NCBI GenBank assembly: GCA_965153455.1
Contig: OZ234493.1
Span: forward strand, 7,926,213-7,990,212
Origin: Sphagnum compactum
Lineage: Eukaryota
DNA: 64,000 bases
Reading direction: 5' to 3'
Every line of letters begins with the position of its first letter. Position 1 is the stretch's first letter. A program made the position numbers and the translations under genes. Positions 27,542 to 39,848 of the stretch are shown here, piece by piece. The notes beneath the pieces were generated by a model, which did no database searches, was not told where the DNA came from, and was given only the letters and a program-made list of their open reading frames with translations.

Positions 27542-28312
27542 TGTTTTCATTATAAGGTTTATGGTCATGATGTGGACCATTGTTTCACATTACATCCGTA
27601 GTTGAAACATGGCCAATCACAAATGTCAAATGCCAATAAGGGCTAGGGTTTTAGGACGGGTAAAAAAAAAACATTACCAATAAAGGATTGGCCACCAAAC
27701 CAATTCAAGGCCAATCCAACATCATGGAGGCTAGGTTTGCACGATTGGAAATTTTCGTTACAAGCATGGCGGCCCCAAATGAAATATAATGCATCTAGTT
27801 CAAGGAAGGCAAAAAATTGAGAATATGGCCAGTTTGGATGCTATGAATTTTTTTAAGTTTGTGTAATTAGTACCAAAGGTTTGTCAAAGGGTTCAACAAC
27901 ATTGCTAAACCTTTGACCCAATTGATTAAGATTAACCAATAATACTTATGGGGTGAAGCACAAAAGTAGCCCCTTTTAAGAATTAAATGTCAAACTCACA
28001 CTAGCTCCTATTTTCAAATGACCCGTCCTCAAATGATTGTTCCAATTACACATGGATTGAAGCATTTTGGGGTTGGGAGTTGCATTTACCCAACTTGACA
28101 ACGATGGTCAAGAGTTTGGTGACATATGCCAATCAGTTCAATAACAAGACATAGACCAAATATAATTCTTATGAGAGAAAGTGCCTTGTAATTGTTTGGG
28201 TAGTTTTATCATTTTGATGTTATATTTATGGTAACACACTCATTTTGGTTACCAACCACCACACATTCAGTTTTTGATAGAATCCAATCAACTCATAAAA
28301 AAGTTGGTTAGA
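27542..28312 (+). mobile_element. Ty3/Gypsy LTR-retrotransposon remnant (gag zinc knuckle, RT C-terminus and RNase H)
   Basis: 27542-27583 reads CFHYKVYGHDVDHC, a Cx2Cx4Hx4C knuckle with one C>Y change. From ~27850: FLSLCN*YQRFVKGFNNIAKPLTQL...WGEAQ..., FQLHMD*SILGLGVAFTQLDNDGQEF..., KYNSYERKCLVIVWVV...YIYGNTLILVTNH. This matches Gypsy RT-connection/RNase H with stops and frameshifts; protease and most of RT are deleted. Confidence 0.85.
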
Positions 28313-28320
28313 TGTAAATA

Positions 28321-28881
28321 GTAGGTAGGTAGGTAGGTGGGTGGGTGGGTTGGTGGGTACATAAGTATCTAGGGTAATAGGTAGGTAGGTCAATAAATGG
28401 GGCTGGTGGGTGGGTAGGTAAATAGGTAGGTGGTTAATATTACCCATGTCATTATACATTAGTCATTTTGTAATCAAATTTTAATTGGTTTTTCGTATTC
28501 CAATCATTTCATAATCACTTGCAATTACCATGTTAATATTATCCATGTCATTGCATGGTAGTCGCTTTTCAATCATACATCAATTGCCATGTTCAAAATA
28601 TAGTCATTTCATAGTCACGATGAAAAACCATGTCATCATTATCTACATCATTTTGTCCTTTGTTATGGATGTCCTATGGATGAAAAAAATGTGAATTAAT
28701 GATTTTTTTATTACCATATGTAATATTATCATCCATTAGTAACAAAAATAATTCATTGATGACTATTTATTTTTTCACATAGGATGAAAAGTTATATTGT
28801 GTGATTATAGTCATTCATATAGTCATTGACAACTTTTAGTCATTGTTTTCTTAGTTGCAAATGACATGATTCCTTTTAGTG
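28321..28881. mobile_element. Right-end fragment of a CACTA-like element with (TAGG/TGGG)n microsatellite
   Basis: (TAGG)n/(TGGG)n at 28321-28432, many AGTCA/AGTTG/AATCA subterminal-like motifs, and the terminus ATTCCTTTTAGTG (reverse complement CACTAAAAGGAAT). No matching left end was found. Confidence 0.4.
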
Positions 28882-29114
28882 TGTGGTGTGTGTGATTAAG
28901 TGCGCACATCATTCAACCCACTTGCACCTCATTTACATCCATTGCCCATCATGGGGCTTGGGTATTGGTGGAATTTGGATTTTGCTAGCCCACTAAATTT
29001 CATAATTTGACAAAATTAATATGTTTTGGTTATGATTGAACATTTTTCAAAGTGGCTAAAGTTGGTGTTGTTATGAAATAGTAGTAATGAAAGCACTACT
29101 ACCTATGCATTTTT

Positions 29115-29900
29115 CACTACTAAAAAACATGTGGTTAAACCACTATGCAAACCACTCAGTTTTGTTGTGGTACCACTATAGTGGGTTTCCAGTAGGCTTA
29201 GTGGTTTAAGGTTGGTTTGTCCCTAGTGGGATAAAGAAAACATGAAATAGGCAATTGGGTGGTTTGGTTGAAATGTTTTTCTAGTTTTTTTAAGGTGCCT
29301 AGGTAGCAAGTGTATAATTAGTGGTTCTATGGGTGGTTTCATGTGGTGGTCGTTAGGGTAATTAGTCACACTTTAATTGATTGGTCAAATGCCATGTGGC
29401 ATTTAGACATTGGCCACCCAAACTAGGCCACATGGCATTTAAACATTGGCCACCCAAGTTAGGCCATATGGCATTTAGACATTGGGCACCCAAGTTATGC
29501 CACATAACATTTAAACATTGGTCGCCCAAGTTATGTCACATGGCATTTAAACATTGGCCACTTGGGCTTAACGACATGGCATTTAAGCATTAACCACTTA
29601 GGTTATTCCACATGGATAAAACCTAAATGGCCTAGGTAAACCGTAAACTAGGCCTAAAACTAGATACCTAGGTTTAGGAACCTGAAACCTAAAGCTTAGT
29701 TGCAACCTAAAAAATTAAGCTTAGGTTTCAGCCCTTAAAGTAGGTTTAGGCAACCTAGGCCTACCCTAGGAGCCTATATTATGTTATTTCCAAGGTTACA
29801 CCTAAAGTTAAACCACTAGACTAGGCCTAAATATAAGCCACCTAAGTAGGTAGGTAGGCATAGGTAGGTAGGTAAATAGGAGCCAATTTTTTTGGTGATA
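29115..29900. mobile_element. Left end of a CACTA element (TIR and subterminal repeats)
   Basis: CACTACTAAAAAAC at 29115 is followed by clustered AACCACT/AGTGGT motifs in both orientations. The partner end is ambiguous, with candidates at ~50268 and 52143, and no TSD is confirmed. Confidence 0.6.
29391..29615. repeat. 36-bp minisatellite, ~6 copies
   Basis: Unit consensus GCCACATGGCATTTAAACATTGGCCACCCAAGTTAG, head-to-tail with no spacers. It produces the spurious (HMAFKHWPPKLG)n ORF. Confidence 0.92.
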
Positions 29901-32900
29901 AGCTTTTTTTTTGGGGTCATCACAAGTAATATTTATACTTTGAATATATTTAATGCATGTATTGTGTAGACTAATATTTTTTCATCTACTTATATAATTT
30001 ATAAAGTTCAACTTGTTGACAAAGGACATGGGATAAATTTACAACATTATTTCACATCCTCCTTCCATACACAAGTACACAAAATTGACCATTATTATAT
30101 TTTTCATACTTTGTCCAAATGAAAAGAAATAATTTCATTCTTAAAATTTTTCCAAGATCTACACATGTATAAAAATAAAAACAAAAATATGCAGTAATTT
30201 GACCTAAAACGGATTTGAATATAACATTTCATACATTTGAACAACAATGATAGCTTGAAGAACTTTTTTTCCTTTTTTTTTCATAAAATGATTTGTAATT
30301 AAACATATTTTAAAACAACATGGTTTTTTTGGTATATCTATATATATAATATCTTCCCACCTTTTTAAAATATAACAAATCAATAAAAATTGTATAACTA
30401 TTATGTTATATTTATTTGTAATTATAAAATATAATTTAAAATAAAATATGTTATCCATGAAACAAATAATATTATCTACAACATTTTTAAATCTTATAAA
30501 AAAATATTTAAAATATTTAAATGTCATAATTATTAATTTATACAAATATAATTATTAATTTCATCATTTTTATCAAATTTTATTGTGAGTAGTAAATTTA
30601 ATCTTTTTTTAATGTTCTTTTCAATTCAATAAATGTGATTTAATACAAATTATCAAAAATTCCAAGTTGTGATTAAGAAATATATTAAGAAGGTTATTTA
30701 AATAATAATTTTGAATATAAAAACTTTGACGACCTAATTCATTAAACAAATATACATAGATGTAATGCACCCCCTTGTTTACAATTAATTAATACCAATT
30801 TGAGGCATGTGCCTTGCACTATAATTCCATTCACCTTTTGTGTCCATGATTCATGAATTCATGTTTTTTCATGTTATGAGTAGATTATTTTGAAATACAT
30901 AATACAATATTTAGTATGTTTCGTTTTTGTGCATTTGGTTATGTATGCATGGTTTGGGTTATGTTTAAGTTTGTCGTATTGAAGTTTATATTAGTTTTGT
31001 GCATGTGGCAATTTTTATGACATCACCATAATTTCCATGCCCTTGATGCTCCATTCTACTTATGAAAGCCATATTTTTATCAATCTTACTTTTGCTTACT
31101 TCCAAGTTAGTTTAATTAGCCATCAATGTAATGTTTCGTACTTGACTAGAGCATGTTCCAGCTTCCCAACAATTCTTAATTGTTAATTTTTGATTACCAA
31201 TATATTTTTTATAATTGTTTGAATTGTTCAATATCTAAGATTTTGGACCAAACTTAAGCCAAGATACCAATTTGTGTGTTGCTACGACATGATATTTGTA
31301 ATGTTTTGTTTTGATCATGTCAAATATTTACTAAATATTAAATTATAATTATTATTTGTTGAATTGAAATCCAATTTAATAAGAACGAGGTTCTAACTTT
31401 TAAGGGTTTTTATTCCCAAGGAATGTCTCTTGAATCTCATATCTAGTGTAACAAAATGAACTAACCCAAAACCACAAGAATCCAAGCTCAAAACACAAAA
31501 ATGTCAAATCATGAATCTTGTTTTTCTTAAGTGTGCAATTTCATTTACAATATCTAACAACAAAGATGAAACATTAAATACATTCTTTGAAGATAAACTC
31601 CCAAACATAAAAAGATGGAACCTTGTGAACACACTAACTTAGGTTCCAATTCAACAAATAACAATAGAAAAATATTATACTACAAAAAATATGTAACATC
31701 AACACTTATCATTCAAATGTATTAAATCTTCCTTCCTCATTTGGATCATAAATTTAACATTATTATCTCATTCACATGTCATTCAATAAGTTGATTAAAC
31801 TTGGTGACTAATATTATTTCTAAACCATAAACCAACTTAAATTGGTCTATGTTAGAGTTTTAGGAGTCATATTTCATTTGATATATCAATCAAGTGGTGA
31901 ATAACATCACATCATAGTACATTCAATTTTCACTTGGGCTTCGTGTGACTTCACATTACTATTGATGATCAATTGACATAAGGTCAAAATTGTCCTTTTA
32001 AAAGATTACATGATTTTAAAGGAAAAATAATTTGTTATCAAACATCAGTAATCGACAATCATACAAGTTGTCCATGAAGTCATTTCTACTTCCATGAATT
32101 TAAAAACAGGAAACTTAGTCCTCACCTATTGGAAATTTAAACCTTTTTGGCATCGCCTTAATGTCCCTCAACAACCTACTTGGCACCCTCACCATTCCAA
32201 ATGTCCTTTTTGATGCATGTTCTTGCCCCAATAAAACATTTGGGGCCTTTATAATGTTCCCCAACAAATTTTTTGGCTTGCTTCCTAACAACCCCTAATG
32301 CCCCTTGTTCTTTAGAAAAATATACAATATTTCCAATCATAGTGCCCCCAATGTCCCCTACATACTTCTTGGTGCCCCGAATATCCTTTGACATCATATC
32401 CAATGCCTTCAATGTCCCTTGGCGCCCTTTCTGCCCAAAAACAAAAAAATTCAATCCAACCTAACACCCTTCAAGGTATTACCGATGTGCTTTTGTGATG
32501 CTCCTACTACTATTTGTTGCAATTTTGCCATTCCTTGTTGGCATTCCTATATTTTTGTTGCTCTCCCAAAATCTTTCATTGTCTTTGTTATTTGGGTGTG
32601 CTTTTGTCATTGACTAAACTTAGGTTATCCTTGAACAAAAATGCCCCATTGATCCAAATTTTTAATAGTGACATTTGAATTCAACACATTTGATAGGTCA
32701 ATGTCCCATCTTGTGATGCCTTTTCGAGACCTTAGCCTAGCAACCCTATTCACATTGGTTTAAAGGCTTAAGAAACTTTAGAAATGTTAAACTTGTTTAG
32801 TTTGAAAATAACATTTAATGGGTAAGGAATGTAACTAAACACACATTTAAAAATTGAACAATGAAAAAATTTAAATGAAATTACCTTAGGTTAACATGAA

Positions 32901-35900
32901 TTAACATGCTTTTATTTAACTCTTCATAAAGATTTTTATGGGTGGGGGAAGGGTTGAGTTTTCACTCATTCTAACAGAAACCAAAGTTAAAAGGAAAATA
33001 TTTTCATTTGATTTTTAAAAGAAAATATAATTGTAAAGGGGGAAATATTTGCATCAATGTTTACCCATTCCAAAGAAAGGGTGGTTAGAAGGGGCAAAAT
33101 AAAATGTAAAGTCACATGTGAAGGTGATATTAAAAATTTGTTAGATGCCATTCCCTACTATATTGATGAAATTCACTTTAAAAATGAGTTTATTAAACCT
33201 AAATAATTCATAAACATAACATTGATCAAAATAATGTAAATTTTTCAACTTTGATCAAATGTTCTATTGGATATTTAATTTCAATGTTAGTTTGAACAAG
33301 TATGTTTCTAATTTGGATTAAAAGGTGTCCACTAAAATATTACAAAAAAATTAGGTTTATATTTTTTAATATTTCAAATTAAACCATTTTAATTAAAAAT
33401 TAATTATAATTTCATATTAGTTTATCATTTGCAGGCTTGAGTCTCAATACAAACCAAGACCTACCATCATGTTAAACAATTAAGTGTTACCATTTATTGG
33501 AGTTGTGAACATTATGAAACTACACAAAATTGTATCCATTCAAAGTATGGAAATAAATTGTGATCAATGAATTAAAAATACTAAAACATGTTTTTTTTTC
33601 ATATGAAACCAAATGTTGAAATATAAGATTTTCACAATTTGCAAGCATGATGTATAGGTAAAGAATTTTTTATTTATAATTGTAGATTCATGTTTTAAAA
33701 CATAAATAAAATGTTTTTTATGGGCCAAATTAGCTTTAAAGTGTGGTTGTTGAATGAAAGGGTGAAACACAAATGCACTTGAATGTGAATCATGCATTCT
33801 AAAATGATAATGTGCACACAAAAATCTCAAGGTTTTCAAAACTTTGTTGTAATATATCATGATAAGAGGTCGATACACTTGTGATTTATGGTTAACATGC
33901 AATTGCTTTAACCAAAAAAATATATCTTTGAGGAATGTAGACTTTGAAATCAAGAGCCAAACTTTGAACATGTTTCAACTACATTAAAAATCAGAAATTA
34001 AAATAAATTAGTATGATGAACTTGAATGGTATTTTTAAAAAATATTGTCAATTTCATTTTTGCACCCAATTTGCAAGCATTGGTGTACTAACCATGAATT
34101 GGATGACTCTTTTTTCTTCTTGTTCTTTCCCACCTTCATTGATGTCCTTTGTTTTTCTTGTAATCTTTCAATAGCAACAAGTCATTCATCATCACATGCA
34201 TTTAATGCAACTAATGACACACATCAAAAAAACGTTGCAACCCTTACAACATATTCATGGGATGTAAAAAACACCCACATATTTAATAGATTCATAATAT
34301 TTTCAAGATTGTTTAAATACATTTGATTAATATAGTAAAAGGCTGGCTTCAACACATTTTTGTAGAATGATTAATAGATTTTGAAGATTTCTTGTCAAGA
34401 ATAAAATATTCTTGAATATTCCAAAGGATTATCTATTTTCCTTCACAAAAGTTTTTTCTTCGAAAAAATATTTTTGAAAATTACAAAATTTATATAAATA
34501 ATATAATTAATGTCAAATGCATAATTTATTTATTGCATAAATTATGGTAATAAATAAAATGTAAATATATAAAGATGGCATCTATGTACAATAAATTACA
34601 CAATAAATACTTGACATAATTTTTTCTTTTAGTAGGTCATATTTTTGTAAGGAACAAGCATCCACCAAATGAGTTTTAAAAGACATATAAACCATTTGAT
34701 CTAATCAAGTCATTATTGTTTTATGGCAACATCTTCATCTTTTATCTTCTTTTATAATGGTAATAACAATTCTAAAAGTTTCCATAAGTTGCAAGGATAT
34801 TTCAAATTCATATGAAAGGAAGTCATTCATTCTTACATTGTAAGTTTTTTAGGATTTATCATCAAGATGCAAACATGTTGAAAAGAACTAACTAGCCCAA
34901 GGTTCAAAAACTTGAAAAGGACTAAACCTTTTTTTATTGGCCACATGGCAAGGGATGGGTTCAAGGTTAGAAAAACCTACCAAAATCAACCACTCAGAAC
35001 AGGGTTGATAATGAAAAATTTAACGAGTTCACAAAAAATTGTGCACTTGTGCTTAATATGCTACCATTTGATTGTCACATTGTCCTCTTCACTTTGCTTT
35101 GTTTTGTCTTCTTCCCTTTGTTTCATCTCATCTTCCTCCTTTCCTTTGGTTGTGAAAGACCGTGCATAAACCCTAACTATGTGTTACAATTACCATAGCT
35201 AGTTTAGACATAAAGCTTTGTGAAAGATATTTGAACCAAATGACTTCAAATTGTGAGAAAGTTGCACATATATCAACATTTTTTTAGTTCATCCAAATGG
35301 AGTGCATATTGCCATTATTGTTATGAGGAGAATGAAGCTTGGCACTTTTGTTGAGCTTTCACATTTGAAAGCAAAATCTAGGGCTTCAAAGTTGTAAACC
35401 ATTACAACAACATATTGAGTGTTTTAGGGTAGAAAAGTAAAGCTTTGAAAAGCAATGAGCCTACCTTGGTATTGCAAGAAGTTGCATGTGCTTAGAAATG
35501 TACATGAAAGGTTTTTTACAATTATGTGAGAACTTTCAAGTTTTGTAACATATGCATTAATTTGCGTGACATTTGGCCTTCCAAAAATTTTGTCTAATGC
35601 AAGACAAAGTCACATTGTTCTTTAATTTACATATGTGTAATAAAGCTTGGAAAAAACTTGTGGATGAAAGTGAAAATTGGACTGAATTTCAAATATACCT
35701 TGTTGAATATTTGTTTGAACAATAGACATGGGAGGAGCATGAAATCAAAAACAATGATTTTCAAACATTGGATGTATGACTCCAACATGTTGCCCAAATA
35801 GGGGGAACTAGTAAAAATGTTTGATATCCAAAATTTGCAATTACAAATCCAAGCATAACATCATTTTTTTCAAGACTACAAATTGAACTTTTGAGAGCTT

Positions 35901-38049
35901 GAAAGCAAGGAACTTATTGCTAACAACCTTGTTTCATTAAGCTTGAACCTTAGTGCAACCAACATCAATTGTGTTATTAGGTTTTGTTGTAATTATAGAT
36001 GGGGTTTACTTCAGAAATAGGAATAATTAAAGCATGTACCAACACTTAAGTGTCCAAGACCAAAATCTCATTTGGATGTTAGTTTTCATGTGTCTTTGAT
36101 AAAAAAATCATGGACCTTGTAGTTGTATTGGATGCTTGTAAGCAAATAAAATATTGTTGTTCAATGTGCTTAAGTATAGTTTTAGGTATTGGTTAACTTG
36201 GAATCATTTCATTTATTGTCCATTCCATGACTTGGTAGACTAGGTACTTATATAGAGTTGCAAGTGGTAGTCTAGACATGTTTACAGAATCACAAGGCAA
36301 CTTAAATTAGGTGCTTTTATAGAGGTACTAGCACTTGTAGTCCTTATCTTTGAATATTGTGTTGTCTTTATGAATTTTAAATGGAAGTAAATGTTGTTGA
36401 AGCTATGCTTGTAAGGTTATTTGACTCCTTGTCAATTGTAGGAATTATTTACTAAATGAATTATTATTTTTATGCCTCATTTCTAATTACTCATTTCTAG
36501 CAACATCCATTTGGAGAGTATGTTGGGTCCTTACATAATACCATCAAATGCTTCCATAAGTTAAGTATCATTTATTCAAAGCAAGAAAAAATCTTACCAA
36601 ATAACTTGGTGCTTGGGTGCAAGCAAGGTAAACTAGACAACTCATTGCTCCTTGTCTCAAAAAAATATTACATGTAGCCACGAAAAACATTAATGTATTG
36701 AAAGTAGAATTTTGTTTCTTTACAATAATTAACATGATGATAATCTTTCATTTTATGTTTAAAATGTTGAAAACCCCATCTTGGAAGTAAAATTAAGTAG
36801 AAGTTTTAAAAATATTTCTACTTGCACAAAATGTCTGATCTTACCAAATGGGCTACATGTAAATGAAATATTGATTAAAAAAAAATATCAACTTAGTAGA
36901 GCCCTAAAAAATACTTATGTAGTATCAAATTATGAATTTTATAATCATAATATATCAAAGTTTTAATATGAAATAGGTTTGAACACCATTTTGACCCAAT
37001 TAGTTTCAAATGTACTTTCAACTTACTTTTATGATACTAAAGTTATTCAAATTTTGTATCCAACTTTACATAAACTAAATGTAGGGTCCTATGGTTCTAT
37101 ATTTTTACTTCAAAATATTTTGAAGCTACTTTTTTGTGTCCATATCAAAAATTGTTCCATTTTTGAATTGGACTTTGGGCCGATTTTTTTTTCTTGTCTA
37201 CTTTACCTTGCTAACACCCACTTACATCAAGTGCATTGTCTTTATGAATTTTTTCTTGTAAGTAGATTGTCCTTTTTAAGAGGTCAATGTCTTCACTAAA
37301 TGAATGATTGCTTGTATGATACTTTAATAATTGTTTTTTTCTAATAGGAACCATTTGGAGAGCAAGTTGGGTCCTTACATCATACCGTTAGGTGCTTCCA
37401 CAAAACAATAAACATTTATTTCAAAGTAAGTAAAGCTCGTTAGCCACCTTTGGCACTTACTTCAAGTGCATCATCCTTATGAATTCCTTGAATGTAAGTG
37501 CATTATCCTTTTTAAGGAGGTCAATGTCTTTATGACTTCTTGTATGACTCCTTGCGAATTTAACATTCATGTTTTATTGTTATGTAGTAGATTATTTCTA
37601 TGAAAATGAAGCCTTGGTTGCTTTGTATTAAAAAGAATTTTTTATTCAAGTTGTATTAAAAGGTTGTAAACATATGTGAAGGTGAACAAACATTTGGCTT
37701 GTATATGACTAACCTACAACTAACAAATAACTTGATTATGACTAAAGCATTCACTATTAATAAATGAACATTAACTTGTTTATGAGTAACAATTATCACA
37801 TGTTTATTTAGGAGCTATTGCATTGTGCTTCTACAAAATACCAAAAAGAAGGACAAAGGTTTGATGCCAACATTTAAAATTACAATTCAAGAAATACCAA
37901 AAACATCAAGCATACCCACCAATAAAGTAAATCATATAAGACACTCCAACACTTCAAACCACATTCTTAAAAAGGGTCCCCAATTCCACCTCTACCACCC
38001 AATTCTAGCCAAGATTACAAGTGATAGTTTTGGGTCCATAATATGTTTC

Positions 38050-39570
38050 TACTTGCCCATCAAAATGATCTTTTATTCTTGTTGTCTTCACATGGGTGCC
38101 CTTATGGAAACCATTTACATGTTCCAATGTAGGTTTGTTTCTCTAGCTCCACTAAGTGTTCCATCCTAAACTCTGACCCACATATTGGACATGCAACAAA
38201 TCCTTGATCTATAGCCCTTGCAATTGTCCCATATCCAAGGAAATTGTGGATGGTCTAAATCAATGTACCTTTCAATGTAAATGACATAAAGCCCAAGGGT
38301 TTTCACATTGTATACTAAAACTCCAATCCAAAGTTATTGAAGCTCCTTGACTAATGGTTGTAAATAAACATCAAAGCAATCATATGTGATAAATTCCTTC
38401 CTTGGAATCAATAATGTGAAGATGATGAAAAAAAATTAGTTGTCAACCAAGGAAATAAATTGTAATTTAACAACATGGCAAGCCATGTGGACCATGTTGA
38501 ACAAATTGACTTGAATGAGTTGACCCCATTTGTAGTAAGAATTAACTGCACATTCTATGGATCTAATGCAAAATCAAGGAACTTTTGCTAAATTTGTTCC
38601 GAAGCCTTTGAGTCACATGGATGCCTCACAATGACATCTATACTATTATTCTATGAATGCCACAACATTAATTCATACATTGCGAGTGTCCAAAATAGTC
38701 GTCGAAGTCTAGCGATTATAGGAAAATTGCAAAACACTTTCATAGGCAACACCTTGTTTATAATACCCTTGTATTGAACACTTCCACATTTTGGACAACT
38801 GACATCACCATTATGATCCCTTTGAAACAAGACACACCTTTTGGCACATGCATGAATGTTCTCATAATTTACTTTAGATTTTTGTGTCAAAACCCTTGCA
38901 ACATTGTCATTAGATGCCACACAATTGGGTTCATGAAGCAAATGACGTTGTAAGAGTGCAAATAGCTCACATGCAAATTTATTGTCGACTCCGTGTACTA
39001 TGCACAAGTTCATAAGAAGTATTGTTGTTACCACCTTTGTGCACTTGGCCTATGTACAATTCCTTCATGGCATCCCCCAAAGCCATTGGATCAAAATTAT
39101 GTTTTTGGTCTTCAAGATCAAAAGATGCATCTCCCAAAGTTTGTTGGCCCTCACTATCAAAAGGAACCCCTCCATCAGCATTTCTGTCATCTTCACGTTC
39201 CTTCCTTAAATTGTAATCCATCAACCACCCTAAAAGCTTCTTTCACAACATTCAAAGCTTTAGCTTCCAATGCCATTAGATGTATGCAACTACAATAACT
39301 TGCATATCAACAACAAAATCAAGCTCCTAGGCCTGTTGTCTTTTGGAACCCTAAAATCCTCCTTTTGTATTCTTTGTTTAACAAGACACTACTACTTCAA
39401 CCTTTCCAAACTTTAAACCTAGGATCCCTTACATTATAGATAAATTGTTCCCTTACATTTGTAATTGTGTATAAGAAATGTCTTTTGCATTTGGTGCAAG
39501 GAGAATGTAGACGTCTCAACTTGTAAAATTTGGCCCATTGTTCTTCCTTAACCCAAAGCTTATCATGTCA
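38050..39570 (-). pseudogene. CACTA Tnp2 transposase (Transposase_21 family) remnant
   Basis: The minus strand gives LRRLHSPCTKCKR (transposase-associated N-domain), then TILLMNLCIVHGVDNKFACELFALL...YENIHACAKRCVLF...CPKCGSVQY...PMKVFCNFPIIARLRRLF...MLWH. It continues RHPCDSKA, DFALDP*NV.L.LTTNGVN.F...WSTW...LLNYNLFPWL, LLIP...DVYLQPLVKELQ*LW, with multiple stops and frameshifts. Confidence 0.9.
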
Positions 39571-39848
39571 ATGTTGTTGCCTTTATAAATACCAAGAATG
39601 CAATCTCCTTACATCATCCAAAACACTTTGCAAGACAAAGGCCATTATAGAAAAATATGTTGTCTCAAACTAATAAACTAAAAATAGGTACATTCACAAA
39701 GATAGGAGCCATAGGAATTGTAATTAATGTTTTGTTTTTCATGTTTTTGTGTCAAAAATTATATTAATATTGCACATTTCTTTTATATGTTTTGATGATA
39801 ATGTTCTTAATATATTGTGGAAACATGTGCAATAATTTGAAATGAATA

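Noticed and set aside
29391..29615. CRISPR-like 36-bp repeats
   Set aside because: The units are contiguous with no unique spacers, there are no cas genes, and the context is eukaryotic TE sequence. It is a minisatellite, and its 70-aa ORF is a by-product.
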